NCBI RefSeq assembly: GCF_025526975.1
Contig: NW_026515668.1
Coordinates: 620,001 to 684,000, forward strand
Direction of reading: 5' to 3'
From: Fimicolochytrium jonesii
Taxonomy: Eukaryota
DNA: 64,000 bases
Of this stretch, positions 52,020 to 64,000 are shown piece by piece. A program made the position numbers and the translations under genes. The number at the start of each line of letters is the position of its first letter. Position 1 is the stretch's first letter. Under the pieces are notes generated by a model that ran no database searches, was not told the DNA's origin, and saw only the letters and a list, made by a program, of their open reading frames with translations.

Positions 52020-54723
52020 ATGACAGGAGGTAGGCAGAGGCAGAGGATCCGCACCCGCAGGAGACTTGCAAACAGACTGGCCGCCAGTCAGCGTCCGTCT
52101 GCACCCCAGGCGACACGGATTCCGGTGCCCTCAAATGACGCTGCTACCCGGACCGCTCGCCAGGTAAGTGCTATCGACCTGTCGAGAGAATAGTGCAGAC
52201 TGCGGCGAGCGACATCCCTGAGGTGCGAGCCACAGCGAGGAGAAGGCGAGCGACGGCGAGTCCCATTTGGCCAGAGTCGGAGCGAGGCGCAAGAATGCTT
52301 GAGGTTCCCACCGGAGCGAGGATTTTTGCGAGCGAGAGCGAGTCCCATTGCGCCGAAGTCGGAGCGAGGCGAGGCGCAAGAATGCTTGAGGATGCATTCT
52401 TGAGGATGCGGAGCGTCAGTGAGCCGAGGTTTCTTGCTTCGTTCATCTCTCGCTTAACATCCTTGTCGCGAGCGGAGCGAGCAGGGTGCTGTTTGTTGAT
52501 GAGTGGTTGGCGGTTAAGGGCGGATACTATCCGACCAGCGAACCAACCTTCGCTTCGCTCCGGAGACATGTCGAAAGTGTTAACTTCCATTTAACCATCA
52601 CAGGGCGCTTCCTTGGCCCCGATTGTCGCCCGGCCTCGCCCACCACCTCCTCTCGCACGAATTCCCCGACCACCGCCACAACGGCCTCACCCACCACCAC
52701 TCGCACGACCAGCCTCTCCACCTCGGCAACAACCATCTCAACCTCCGCAACAGCCATCTCAACCTCGAATTGTGGTCAATGTAGAGGAGGACGACAAGGA
52801 TGAGATCCCCGGAGGGGTGATGGTTCCCGAAGGTCCGCTCCCAAGGACGGTAATCACGGCTCCTTCTCAGCAGCTTCCAACGAATAAGGCAAACGAACTC
52901 CGACGAAAAGTAAGCGGTATGACGCTCGCCGACCTACAGACCCCTCAAACGGAACCAGATATCATCCCAGGATTCACCGCCTACCATCAAAACGTCGGGC
53001 TGTCCCACAATTTCGCATTCATTTCCAAGCTGAACCCATCACAAAGTCTGCAGGCGATTGCTTGGGGCGCCCCGGCTCGCGTTACCCTCAAGAAGGCGGC
53101 GGACCAAAAGCTTTTCGTGGGTAGGTTCTGATACCCTTGGTTTCCTATGGGAGCCTTGGGGTAGTGAGTGCGGTTGTCGAACGCTCACGCCAGCGAAGCG
53201 AATCCCGCGTCAAGGTCGCAAGTCCCCAACGGGCTTGTGGGTTAGACTCTGCTCCAACGGTTTGTGGGTTACCGATGTGGACTGATGAGATTCTGCTTTC
53301 GTTTAGGGGAGTGGATCCCTGAGCCTCGTCTAGGGGTCGTCATCACCAAACTGCGTACGAGAGTGCACGACCCGCTCTTCTTGCAAAATAATAAGGAAAT
53401 AGAGTCAGGGGCACCCTTTGCGTTTAATTCCAGAGTAAGTCCCATCCCGGAAGTACAGTTCCCAAACTGGAACTAATAAATTGACCATTATGTCATCAGT
53501 ATCTCGTAAAGAAAGGCAACAACAGATGCCGCGAAGGGCCTGTCCGGAGTATCAAGTACGTCGCTCTGGATAGAAAGCATCTCATTTGGTCCATCTTTCT
53601 CATGGCGAATACTTGGTTTCCTGTTCAGATGTGTCGGAAAGGAGAACGTGACCATAACCTCCTCCGAGACGGATTCCTTGGTGATGTGGGATTTTATACA
53701 CAGTTCTGACGGTCAGGTTGTCTCAAGGTAGGATATGAAAGTGCTGATCAGATGTGAAGCTGTTGATCTTTCCGTCCCTCGGGAAACCGTCGAAACAGTT
53801 CAGTTGTCGCTAATACCTCTTACCAATTCTTCCACCTCATCTCTCACAGGCTGAAAACCAATGGCCCGAACCTGTCCGGCTCAATCGATGTCAGGACCGG
53901 CACAGTCGCAAGCGGAGCCGAAGACAGAAAGCTCTACATCTGGACCCTCACCGGCCAAAAAGTCCCCACCCTCAACCCCCTATCCTCATTCCCCATCCAC
54001 GAAGGCGCCACCGGCGACATCACATGCACAAGCATCCACGCCAAACAACCTGACCTCATCGTAGCGGCCACCCAGGACGGAAAACTAGCCTTCTTCGACT
54101 CCCGAGTCCCCGGTGGGGGTGGTCGACCGCCGATGGACGCACATACCGATATGATCTCCAGCGTACATTACCATCCTACCGTGGCCCACTGGGTCATCTC
54201 GGGCTCGGACGACTGTACTACCCGAATCTGGGATACCCGCGGGAAAGGCCTCCCTGTCCATTATTATCGCCACAAGGATAAAGTCACGGCCGTGGAATGG
54301 TGCCCGCACATGGAGAAAGTGTACCTGAGCGCGAGCTTGGATGAGACTGTGGAGATTCGACGGTTGGGTGTGGGGAATAATAATGAGAAGGTGCAGACTC
54401 ATATTCTTCATGAGTAAGTACTTGGATGGATGTGTTCGTCGAATGCGTGTGTCTGAGGTGTGCTCACTATGTGTTACCCGGCAAACAGCGGACCGGTCGT
54501 GACTGCGGCCTGGAACCCTGACAAGGCTTTTGAGGGAGTCATTGCGAGCACTTCTCTGGGCAAGGACGGTCATCCTGGATACTTGCAGGGTAAAGATTCC
54601 ATTATCTGCTCTCAATGCCATGATCCACTCTACCACGGTATCTAACACACCCCCCACACTCCAGTCTGGCGAGGAAACGGTTATCTCCGTGAAGCTGGGC
54701 GTCTCTCAACAGTCGGACGTTGA
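52020..54723 (+). CDS. WD40-repeat protein, divergent RBBP4/Msi1/Hat2-like, with Arg/Pro-rich N-terminal extension; about 8 exons
   Basis: ATG 52020 exon ends at donor 52164 and joins 52604 in frame; VASGAEDRKLYIW, AHTDMISSVHYHP, SGSDDCTTRIWDTR, HKDKVTAVEWCPH, terminal YLQVWR. Confidence 0.7.
52246..52391. repeat. Imperfect ~60-bp direct repeat (2 copies) inside the 440-nt intron 1 of the WD40 gene
   Basis: gcgagcga..gcgagtcccatt..gcc..agtcggagcgaggcgcaagaatgcttgagg at about 52246-52304 and 52328-52391. Confidence 0.75.
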
Positions 54724-55331
54724 GAGCTTTTGCCTCCATCAGTCAATAACATCCGCGCTCCGTCAAAAAGTTCTTATTCGCTCGTTGGTCGCACATTCTT
54801 GTAGGTCAACACTCCCCCAGTCTTCTTCTATGCTTCGCATGTCCGTCGTCGCTCATAGACACGCATGCGTGCACCGTTGTTCCCTTTACTTGTGCTACGC
54901 ATATCCCTCGTGGAGTGTCGACAGGGCTTGCAGGCATTATTATACCCATGGCGTATACCCACAAAACGCCTCTCAAATGTATATAGGTTTGATCTAGAGG
55001 GGGCTCAGAAGCCTGTACAAATGTATGCGTGAGATATTATATATGTACATTGGTGCGCAAGGATGGAGTGGGCTGCCAGGCGTCGTATGACTTTGGAATA
55101 ACGCCTATTGCTGACAGGTCCCCATCATGTCTCAAAAGCAGCGACATGGCTCCAAGGTTTCGAGATGGCTCGGAATTTGGGCGGTTCCCCAGCGTCGTCG
55201 ACTAGTCCCCCTTTCGGTGACGTGCGCGCGCCGGATGGGGTCCGCTATTGGGCGCCCGCAGTCACGACGGGGTAACAACGACGTCCTCGACGCACTTGCA
55301 CGACGGTAACTCCGCCTCCTGAGCCTATCGC

Positions 55332-58300
55332 CTACCCCACCATCTGCTCCACCATCCCCTCCTCAACATCCTCCACATCCTCCTCCCCCACCACCCGATC
55401 CGGGACCACCACCACCACCGGATCCACGTCCATCTCATCTCCTGCCCCAACGGCGCCATCGGCGCCAGGAGTAGCAGCAGGGTCATCGGCGGCAGCGGCG
55501 GGTGCGAGAACGGGATCGATGCAGTAGAGCAAGCATTGGTTGGAGGATGTGCCGTCCCAGCCGCGGGTGCCGGAGGCGGTTAGCATGTAGCGTTTTGAGG
55601 GGTCGATTACTGGTTGGGTGTGGAAGGAGGTGGAGGTGGAAGATAGGTTAGTAACTCGGACGACTACCCCACGGCATGTTCCCAAGAGATCGAAGAGGCG
55701 GAAAGTGGTGGAAACAAGAACGCTACTCACTCAGCGCAGAAACAACACCCCCATTATGACCCGGCAAAATTGTAAACGGCACCAAAGGCGGTGTCTCCAG
55801 CTCATCCTCCTTCGCACTCAACAACGACGCTGTCCGACCCAAATTCGCTGTCGTGGCCGTCCGAGTACTCCCAGCAGTGATCACAACACCCCCCGCACCT
55901 CCCGCAGAAGCCGGGTCAAGCAATTTTCCATCGCCCGCGGGGGAAGGCTGCCCGCCAACCGGCGACGGGGGGAGACTGCCTGCATTCCCCATATCTGGAC
56001 TCGCCGGATCAGCGACGTTTGATCCAGCCGGAGCAGAGACGTTGATCGTGATATCCATAGCGTCCCCGTCAACCCCAGGCCCCGCACCACCGCTCTCAAC
56101 CCCACCACTATCCTCCTCATCCGACCCATCTAAACTCCCCGGCTCCAAACTTAGCTCCTGACCCAGTAACGAGTCCGATGACATATTCATCGATTCGTCA
56201 AGAAACAGCCCGAGTCCCGCGGTAGGTAGTTTGGGCGTGTTGTTGGCGCTTGAACCCAGCGCGTCTGTTTTGTCGACGGAGGGCCACTGTGATGACCGTC
56301 GAGAGGCGGATGTTGTAAATGAGGAGCGTGGACGGGGTCGGGAGGTGCGGTGAGGGGGTGCGGTTGGGGTGGTGGAGGAGAGAGAGGTTGATGGAAGGGT
56401 TGGGCGGCGTGGTGGGTCGGTTGAGGTTGACGGTGCAGGTTCGTCTTTGGTGTCTGTAGACGGCTTTTGGTCTACTGGGATTTGGGGGTTGGTAACGGGC
56501 GTTCCGGGCGTGCTGTTTGGGCCGGAGTCGTTGGATTGGGATGTTGGGTGTGCAACGATTGGTGATGGGGAGGGTGCGGGAGGGGCGTCGGAGCTTGGGG
56601 TTGCGACATCGAGGTCCCACAGACGGAGAATGTCCTGTGAGGCGCTAGGTGACAATAAATGGATTGCGTAAGATAGGTGCCACACTTTGTGGTGACCATA
56701 TTCATTTACCGAAACATACCACATCAGGTGACGGTTGTTTGGCATACAGGAAACAGCCCATACGTGTCCTGAGCCGTTCGGAAATTTGAGGTTGCGAACG
56801 TAACGGTTTTCTGCGACGTCATACACGTCCACTGGAGATAGACACCATGTCAGAACTCCTCTACGTCACAAGCCAGCGATGGTGGATGCTCAGACGCACG
56901 TACCCGTATTATTTCTCCGCCCACAATATATCTTCCGACCATCTGCACTCCACGTCGCCTATCGTATCAAAGAAAATCATAAGTAAATGCCATGATTGAC
57001 GACATAACATACAAACCAAACATCGCGCCATGAGAGGAAAACACAACCGCATTCACCTACATTGTAAGCCCAAGGACTCGACCCACTCGTCCTCGGCAAA
57101 AACTTTCTCGTCACATTATTAGGATCTCTCTGATCATACAACAGGATCGTCCCATCGTACGTTGTCACCATCATCAAAGAGTCTTCTGCAGTCGGATGAA
57201 CGTTTGTGGTTCTCGTATCCCCAATCGCTGGATCGATGGTATAAGAGGACGCGGAAGTCGGACTGAAGCTTGCTGATGTGACCAGGGAGGTCACGCCTTG
57301 GAAGTAGCGGACGATGTTGCCAGTTTCGAGGTCCCATCTCTGAGAGATAAGCAATTCGTCAATCCCTTGTGTACAAGATTATGTTTAACAGACTGCAGCG
57401 GCAGATCGAAAAACATACAAGGAGAGTCTTGTCCCAGGATCCACTGATGACACCCCTTTCGCCAGGTGTCAGCTTGAGCACGGATACAGCGCTCGTGTGG
57501 CCTCTGAATACATGTCGGCACTGGAGAATTGAATCGTGATGAGATACGCAGCCATAGAGGTGCAAACCTGTCTGTTCACTTACGGCGCCTTCGTCATGTC
57601 TGACTGACCAGAGGTTAATGTTGCCGCTCTGCATTGACGAAAGCACACCCCATCAGTTATCGTTCTTTACGGGAGCAGAGTTATCAGAAGGGGGGGCACG
57701 AACCCTACAGCCGCTCAGACACCACACCCCTTCTGATTCAACTTCGATGCTATAGACTGGAGACCATTCCTCGACGGCGATGTCCGACAGAGACTGTTGG
57801 CTCCTGAATGGATCGACTGCATTGCGCGCAATAGGAGCATCATAAGTATACGGTGTTGGATGCTCTAATGTGGTCTACACGGAATACTCACAACTTGCAG
57901 GAAACTCTTGATTCTCCCATGCGGACGTCAGAACACCAGCCTATGTGAACGATCATCATACTGTGTTGATATAAAAAGTTGATGCGAAATCGATCGCCAA
58001 TGTCTCCGGTCATCAAAGTGTGCGACTTATGCGCAAGCAGAAACACATACCTTCTCAATGGAATCCACCAAGCCATGTTTCTGTGTCTGCGTCAGAATCT
58101 GACCCCCGAACAAAGTCGCCGCAAAGTCGAACTTCCGGATATACCCATCGTCACCGCCCGTAAAGATCCACCTCATATTGCGGGTCGTAGCCACACAGTT
58201 GATGCCGGTGGGATGCACACATGATGCGAACGGTGTAACATCATACCCGACGCAGTTCTCAACGTTCGGTGCTAGCTCGACGTGCTCGAAGCTGTAGTCT

Positions 58301-58989
58301 ATATCTATCGGGGTGGACATGGCCGGCTGCTGCCCTGCCGCTGCAGCGCTCCTTTCCCGAGTCCGATTTTCCAAATGGCCTGGGCGAGGGCCTCGCAAAT
58401 GGTCCGGGCGAGGGCCTCCATTCTGCAGTCTGGGTGAGTTTGTCGCAAACCCGTTCAGCCGTGCGATCTCGTCCTCGGCGCCATCGTCCTCCTCATCCTC
58501 CGATTCGGCATCCTGCTCGCTGTATTCATAGGACCCGTTCTGTAGGGGCTGCCCATCGGCGTCCACTTGCATCGCGTCGTCCCTCTTCCCATCGTGCTCG
58601 TAGTCCTCCTCCTCATACTCCTCCTCCTCCTCGCCAACGGCGTCTGAATCACCCTCCGCGTCCTGATCTTCGTCATAGTCCTCTTCTGCCTCAGCTTCAG
58701 CGTCTTCGTCTTCTCCGACTCCGTCTTCGTCCAGCTCGCCGTCTTCGTCGTCAAAGTCTTCAGACTCCCCGGCCATGCCTTGACTGTCTTGATCGATGTT
58801 ATTGCTGTTCGAGTTTGATATGGAACCATTCTCTTCACCACCTCCGCCGTCATTTGCTATTCCGTCATCCTCCTCGTCCTCTTCCTCTTCTGCAGAACCT
58901 TCCGCATCGTCGGAGCCCACTGCATCGGCGTCGCTGAAGGGGAAAGCCGCCCCATTCGGTGCTTCGGGACTTTGGTCCTCTTGCCACAT
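55332..58989 (-). CDS. SPT8: SAGA complex WD40 subunit Spt8, multi-exon
   Basis: Highly acidic N-terminus; RWIFTGGDDGYIRKFDF..QKHGLVDSIEK, GNINLWSVRHDEG, SGSWDK, PFTILPGHNGG.VS, IDPSKRYMLTASGTRGW. Confidence 0.88.
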
Positions 58990-59399
58990 TCCACCTATTA
59001 TTATCCTTTTACAGTCTGCGTGGGAATGTGACGAGCGCTTGTGTTCTTTGAAGGGTTGCGACCACTTCACCGGACGAGATCAAGACTGAATCTGCCTTCT
59101 CCGAGGCCTATTTCTGATATCACGCAGGGGTTCTGTACAGACGTTGCGACGATCCTTTTCTATGTATCTATACGGGAATGTATGGCTGGGGTAAGCCGTA
59201 TGCGTTTTGCGTCTTCCATGTCGAAAACTGCGACGAGAGTCAAAAATCTCATGAGCCCGAAGCAGAGCCCGAAGCCCCACGGACGCGATCTGGTGACATC
59301 GGAAATATCGACAGTTCGGCAAGAGCACAGGCTTGGAGAGGTTGTGTGGGAGGACACGCACACATATGTATACAGTACAAGAGTACATGATTCTACAGT

Positions 59400-61900
59400 A
59401 GGAGCGTTCCACCGGATATGCGTTCATGCGCAGGCATCGGGGAGGCATCCCCCCAGTTTATACCCAGTGGACCTGCGTTTTCCCATATCTGTAGTACATG
59501 CGGTCAATGTCGGCTATAATCAAGTCCAACAACAGAAAGGGGATGCTCCTCCGCTACATAGCAATCTGGTTCTTTCCTTTGAACACTCTTCCCTTCATGC
59601 TCAATCCAATATGTCCTGTATCGCAATGAGCCGTCTTAATTGAAAGAGGTACCATCTGCAAGGAGAGTGACGGGGTACCCCGACCAGGACTGATGCTGGC
59701 CCCCAGCTATTTTCAGGTGGAATGCAGCACCAAGGCAAACTCAAGGGCATTGCATACAAATTCGCTGCTTGAAAGCGTTGCTTCACGTTTTTGCTGGTAA
59801 GCAGTGCAAAATGCGCATTTTGTGGTGCATCCAGACTTACGATCCCCGTACTGGCCGCGCGAACTTCCGGACTGACAATATCTCGAAGTTCATCCAAGTC
59901 CCAAGCAAACAAAACAGCTGCGGAGAAAAGCTGGGGTCGTCGACCCCAAAGCTCCTGTCGAATGTGAGCGTCGAAATCTACGCAAAGTGCTTTCACAGCC
60001 TCCTTACCGGCTCACGTAACCATTTCCCACGCGTTGCGTCGCGTTGGCCCAAACCCCTCGAAAAATGACCCAAAATCACCTGCAGTTTATGGGTTTTGGG
60101 ATTAACTGCTATATTATGCGCATTAAGTGTGGGCAAACTGTGGGAGTTTCCCAGCCCATAATGACCCGGAGCGAAGAGAGGTTGGTGAGCCGTTCTTCGC
60201 TGTTGCCTTCAAGGAGACCGACTATACATATTATCGTCCCAACCATGCTCGACAGCTGCTCGGCAGGCGCGTATTGGCAAGTGTAGTATTGTGATGAAAG
60301 AAGTACCAAGGTCCGTGGGAGTAAGAGTAGCACAAGCTGGACAGGGAGACCTCAAAGCAACGAAGCTGGAGGCTACTTGCCAACTCTTCACATATTCATG
60401 TATCATCCATGCGGGACGCACCATATGCGCCGGCGTTTTCGATCAACCTAGGAGGCGTCAGGGCCGATTTTCATGGTGGACTGCTCCTTTGGCGAAGTAG
60501 AAGGCGGAACAGAGAAACGGAGTGGAGCTCTATAAGACCGAAATCTCGAAGAGAACGAATCGACGATATGAACTTGAACAAAGAACTGCGACATCTGGCG
60601 TGGATGGACATCGAAGGCCCGATGAATACAGCGTGGGATGGACTCTATTGTAGCGGACCTTGGATCGTCGTTCACCATGGTTTATCGGGAAGGGAAATAC
60701 ATGCTCTATGCAGCCATATTGAAGGTGCGATGACTTCAGGCGAAAGGCAGCAGCGGAACCTGGAGCTCTCATCACGAAATTTTGGAGATCGGTCATGACT
60801 AGCGAAGCCAATCCACAAATTCAAACTGAGCATTCCTGATATTCGTCAGAACCACAATCAGGACGCTCAAGGAATGGCTACTGTAGTATCGAGTGGTGAG
60901 CGAACCGGCTTGTGGGGAGCGAGCCATCCACACATGGTCGGATCATGCAGGCGAGGGAGAGCCAGCTCACTCGCACACTGTGGGCGAGTTGACGACTCCA
61001 GGTAATTACTAGTTACAATCTTTGCTCAGCACCTGCAATCATGTAATGTACTGTACTGTACAGCTGTTTGGGTAGTAGCACATGAAGTCATTTCGAGAGA
61101 GTTTTGTTTTTGTGATTGACAGCTCGAATTTCCGTTGACCGATAGCGAGCCGGATAGACGGGTGGACTTTATCGAAATCCACGTAGCGCAGGTGGACCAC
61201 ATTATCGAGTTCTTTGGGCGCGATGGTAGGGCAGCCTCGGGCCAAGGAGAGATCGCGTTTGACTTGGGCGAGGTTCTTGAGGTGGATAACGCGGCGACGT
61301 AGGGCGTCAGCGTACTCAGGGGTGTCGCCACCTGTTTCGGGTGCGAGCCCAACGCCGACCTGAGTAATCCCGTAAAACTTGGTAACCGATTGTTCATACT
61401 CAGAAGGTGGTAAAGTTGCTTCTTCGCGCTCGGCGGCCGCGGACAATGATGCATCCTTAACCGCGCTAGCAAGGAATTGATGGATTGTATCCTGGATGGA
61501 AGGTGTGTCGTTTCTCTCACGGGGAGCCAGACGCTTTGGGGCGGGCTCCACACCCTCCTCTCGGCGACGCTTGTAACCTTCCAATCGGGCGAGTTTAGCA
61601 CGGGTCGCAGCGAGGGCTGCTTCGATATCTTGTTCGTTGGCAAGGTCTTGGGAATGAAGCTCAGCATCTTGAGGGTTGGAGGCCGGCTGAGTCCCGCCGC
61701 CGCCGTCGGGGCCTTCGTCCAACCGTTCACCGTCACCACCAGTATCCGCGCCGGCGGTTTCGGTGGTTTCCTCTTCGTGAGGTTCAACAAACCCGTCATC
61801 TTCGGTACCAGACATTCCCACGCCAAATACGACTGCACCACGGCGTAACCTTCGAAGGTCTCGTTCACGACGTTCTTCGGACGTAACTTAGCGGTACCGG
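59400..61900 (-). mobile_element. Heavily degraded tyrosine-recombinase retrotransposon relic (DIRS/Ngaro-like): gag-like ORF plus broken YR; boundaries approximate
   Basis: ORF 61821-61039 (acidic/coiled start, ..VVHLRYVDFDKV) is gag-like; downstream minus-strand fragments LFSAAVLFAW..LRDIVSP, F.LLTSK, QCP, TLLADGT, SGGASPF, MGKRRS.GYK resemble in order the YR motifs (F..LLR..E, LP.SK.D, CP, L....G, RxGGA, GRW.S), interrupted by stops and frameshifts. Confidence 0.45.
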
Positions 61901-62247
61901 GTGAGGAGGGCAAAGCTGGATGTATCTTGACGAAGGAGCGTACTTGATTGCTTCACTAACTACTATAGCACCACACTTCTCGAATCGCAGGGAAGGTTAT
62001 ACAGTGTGTGTGGTGATGAGAAAAAGAGGAAAGAGAGGAAGGAAAGAGCTTATATGATGTGTGCTGTGCGCACCCATCCCGATATAAACTAGTCCCGCGC
62101 GTTTCTCTGGGTTTCATCCACACATGCACCTTCGGTGAATATCCTTCAGAGGTTCATAGCCCAGCTGATGATCAAGCCCGAAATCAAGCTAAAAATTGCA
62201 GCCATTCAAGTCGTTCAACGATAAACTGGAGTGAGAGTCAGCCGAGA

Positions 62248-63480
62248 ATGAAGGCAGTCGCTTCTACCTTAGCGAAAGCTCGCGGACACAACACCAGTCC
62301 GCCGCATAGTCGCTGCAACTTTCTCACGGACGACGGGCTCCTAATTGCCGGCGCCGGGCCCGTAGAGTTTACACTGGACAGCATCCTCGAATGGCAACCC
62401 AGCCTCATTGTCAGCCTCGAGAAGACGGATGATGCGCTCTGGTATCAGCCGAAATTGCCCAAGCAAACAAAAGTTCTTCATTTACCCACCGCACCCGGCC
62501 GACCACCACCTCTGGCAGCGACTCGCAGCGCCGTCAGCGAGATCATTGACACGTATCGCAGCGGCAAGAAAGTGTATTTACATTGTAACGGCGGCCACGG
62601 GCGTGCGGGTACGCTTGCGGCCGTAGTGCTGGGCAAGCTGAACAGCTGGGACGCTGTGACGGCCATCGCGGAGGTGGAACGAAGGAGGGACACGCGGCTT
62701 GATACGAGCCGGAATTTTGTTCCGACGCCCGAAACGAAGTCGCAGGTCGCTTTCGTCGCTAAGATATTGGGGGTGGGAGAAGGAAGAACGCTGCCCGATA
62801 GGACGGATCGATCCTGGCTGAAACGTATGGTAGCGGAGAGAACCAAGGGGACTTGTTCGAAACACATGAAAACTGAGACGGATGTGGGCGATACATCCTT
62901 AGAAATACTGCGAACCGACAAACCCTCTGGAACGAGCATGGCCTCCGAGGATCTTACTCCGATTCTATTCTACACCGATAGCGCCCAATTTGGCGAATTC
63001 TCCAACTACTACAAGCCAGCCTCACCTATTACTTGGGAAGGTGCAAAGTACCCGACATCGGAGCACGCATTCCAAGCCGCGAAATTCAAATACCCCGGAG
63101 CAGATAAACATTCACTCGCATATGCGGAAGAGATTCGAAAAGCGTCAACTCCCAACAAGGCCCGAGTGTTGGCGTTGCAGAAAACGGGAGGTGGTTACGC
63201 TTGGCGTACCCAGCTAAACCCTGTGATACAGGAGTATCTCGACAAGGGCGTGCGTTTCCGGCCGTCGTGGGAGACGGTACGAGATGATGTGATGCGAGAT
63301 ATTTTGGGTTGCAAGTTTACTCAGGATGCGCATTGTCGTGCGCTGCTGGTCGGTACCGGCCAGCGTCCCATCGTTGAACACACCAAACGAGATAGCTACT
63401 GGGGAGATGGTGGGGATGGGACCGGCCAGAACAAATTGGGAAAGATGTTGATGGAGGTTCGGGACGCTTTGAAGTCATGA
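62248..63480 (+). CDS. Intronless fusion: PTP/dual-specificity phosphatase domain + C-terminal NADAR (YbiA/RibX, DUF1768) domain
   Basis: VYLHCNGGHGRAGT (HCX5R P-loop, 62581-62604), PETKSQVAFV; then ILFY...GEFSNYY, YPTSEHAFQAAKF, W...RDDVM...L..KFTQ, LLVGTG.RPIVEH...DSYWGDGGDGTGQNKLGKMLMEVR. The ORF stays open back to 62059; the ATG at 62248 was chosen as the likely start. Confidence 0.88.
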   Translation: MKAVASTLAKARGHNTSPPHSRCNFLTDDGLLIAGAGPVEFTLDSILEWQPSLIVSLEKTDDALWYQPKLPKQTKVLHLPTAPGRPPPLAATRSAVSEIIDTYRSGKKVYLHCNGGHGRAGTLAAVVLGKLNSWDAVTAIAEVERRRDTRLDTSRNFVPTPETKSQVAFVAKILGVGEGRTLPDRTDRSWLKRMVAERTKGTCSKHMKTETDVGDTSLEILRTDKPSGTSMASEDLTPILFYTDSAQFGEFSNYYKPASPITWEGAKYPTSEHAFQAAKFKYPGADKHSLAYAEEIRKASTPNKARVLALQKTGGGYAWRTQLNPVIQEYLDKGVRFRPSWETVRDDVMRDILGCKFTQDAHCRALLVGTGQRPIVEHTKRDSYWGDGGDGTGQNKLGKMLMEVRDALKS

Positions 63481-64000
63481 AGCTGGGATACCTGTCTTGC
63501 ACTGCACGAGACCAATTGGGTTAAGTCAATTACACACTCTTATCCTTTGAAGAGACCGTTATATGCCTAGGATCATTGTGTGCGACTAAAAATCATATAC
63601 ATACCGGCGCATACTATTCATCATGGACACCGTAGCTTATGTGTGAATGGGAGAGGATTCCGGCAGTGACCTATACCATGTCATCCCATCCGACTGATCA
63701 AGTCCGCATAACAACGATCTCAGCGGCGAGGAGCAATCCGTTGCATAGGGCAACAGAGCAAAACACTCAGTTTCCTGAGATGCTTTCGACTAGCGGGTTC
63801 TATGATCACGATGAATGAGTCAACGATAACGTTTCTAAATAGATTTTGACTATAATTCTATGACCAAGCTGAAGGAGCCAGCGAGATCGTGTCCTTGGGT
63901 ATTAGACTTGAGTATTTTGCACTGAATTCTTCGACTTCGCATGTCAGCGAGGGCTTTGCTCATGGTGTCTGGCCTGTTTTTATCATGCGCCAAACTGAAC

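Noticed and set aside
52246..52391. Direct repeats with a spacer, superficially CRISPR-like
   Set aside because: Only two imperfect ~60-bp copies in a eukaryotic intron; no cas genes and no regular array
60209..60424. HGWDDN as a possible reverse-transcriptase YxDD motif
   Set aside because: Context and position relative to the YR-like fragments do not fit an RT core

Overview
Gene-dense, intron-rich eukaryotic DNA with short GT-AG introns and CTAAC/CTGAC-type branch points. It is most consistent with an early-diverging fungus, probably a chytrid (inference from gene content and style). About 22 protein-coding genes could be reconstructed by hand. Most are housekeeping: OTC, MET1-like, p24, HOG1, group III G-alpha, SHP1, bL36m, Cps1-like GT2, PanB, SAC1, URB1, Gcn4-like bZIP, condensin CND1/YCS4, an RBBP4-like WD40 and SPT8. 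Items worth follow-up: (1) an intronless tyrosine/dual-specificity phosphatase-NADAR fusion gene beside a decayed tyrosine-recombinase retroelement at the right end; (2) a secreted GH15 glucoamylase with two C-terminal trefoil (P-type) domains where a starch-binding CBM normally sits; (3) an intron-containing but prokaryote-type ferritin; (4) a MET1/CysG-like protein with altered methyltransferase motifs and a perilipin-like insert; (5) recurring sharp C/A-rich to G/T-rich composition switches inside exons. No rRNA, tRNA or CRISPR array was recognised. Exon boundaries are manual and family calls rest on recalled motifs, not database searches.
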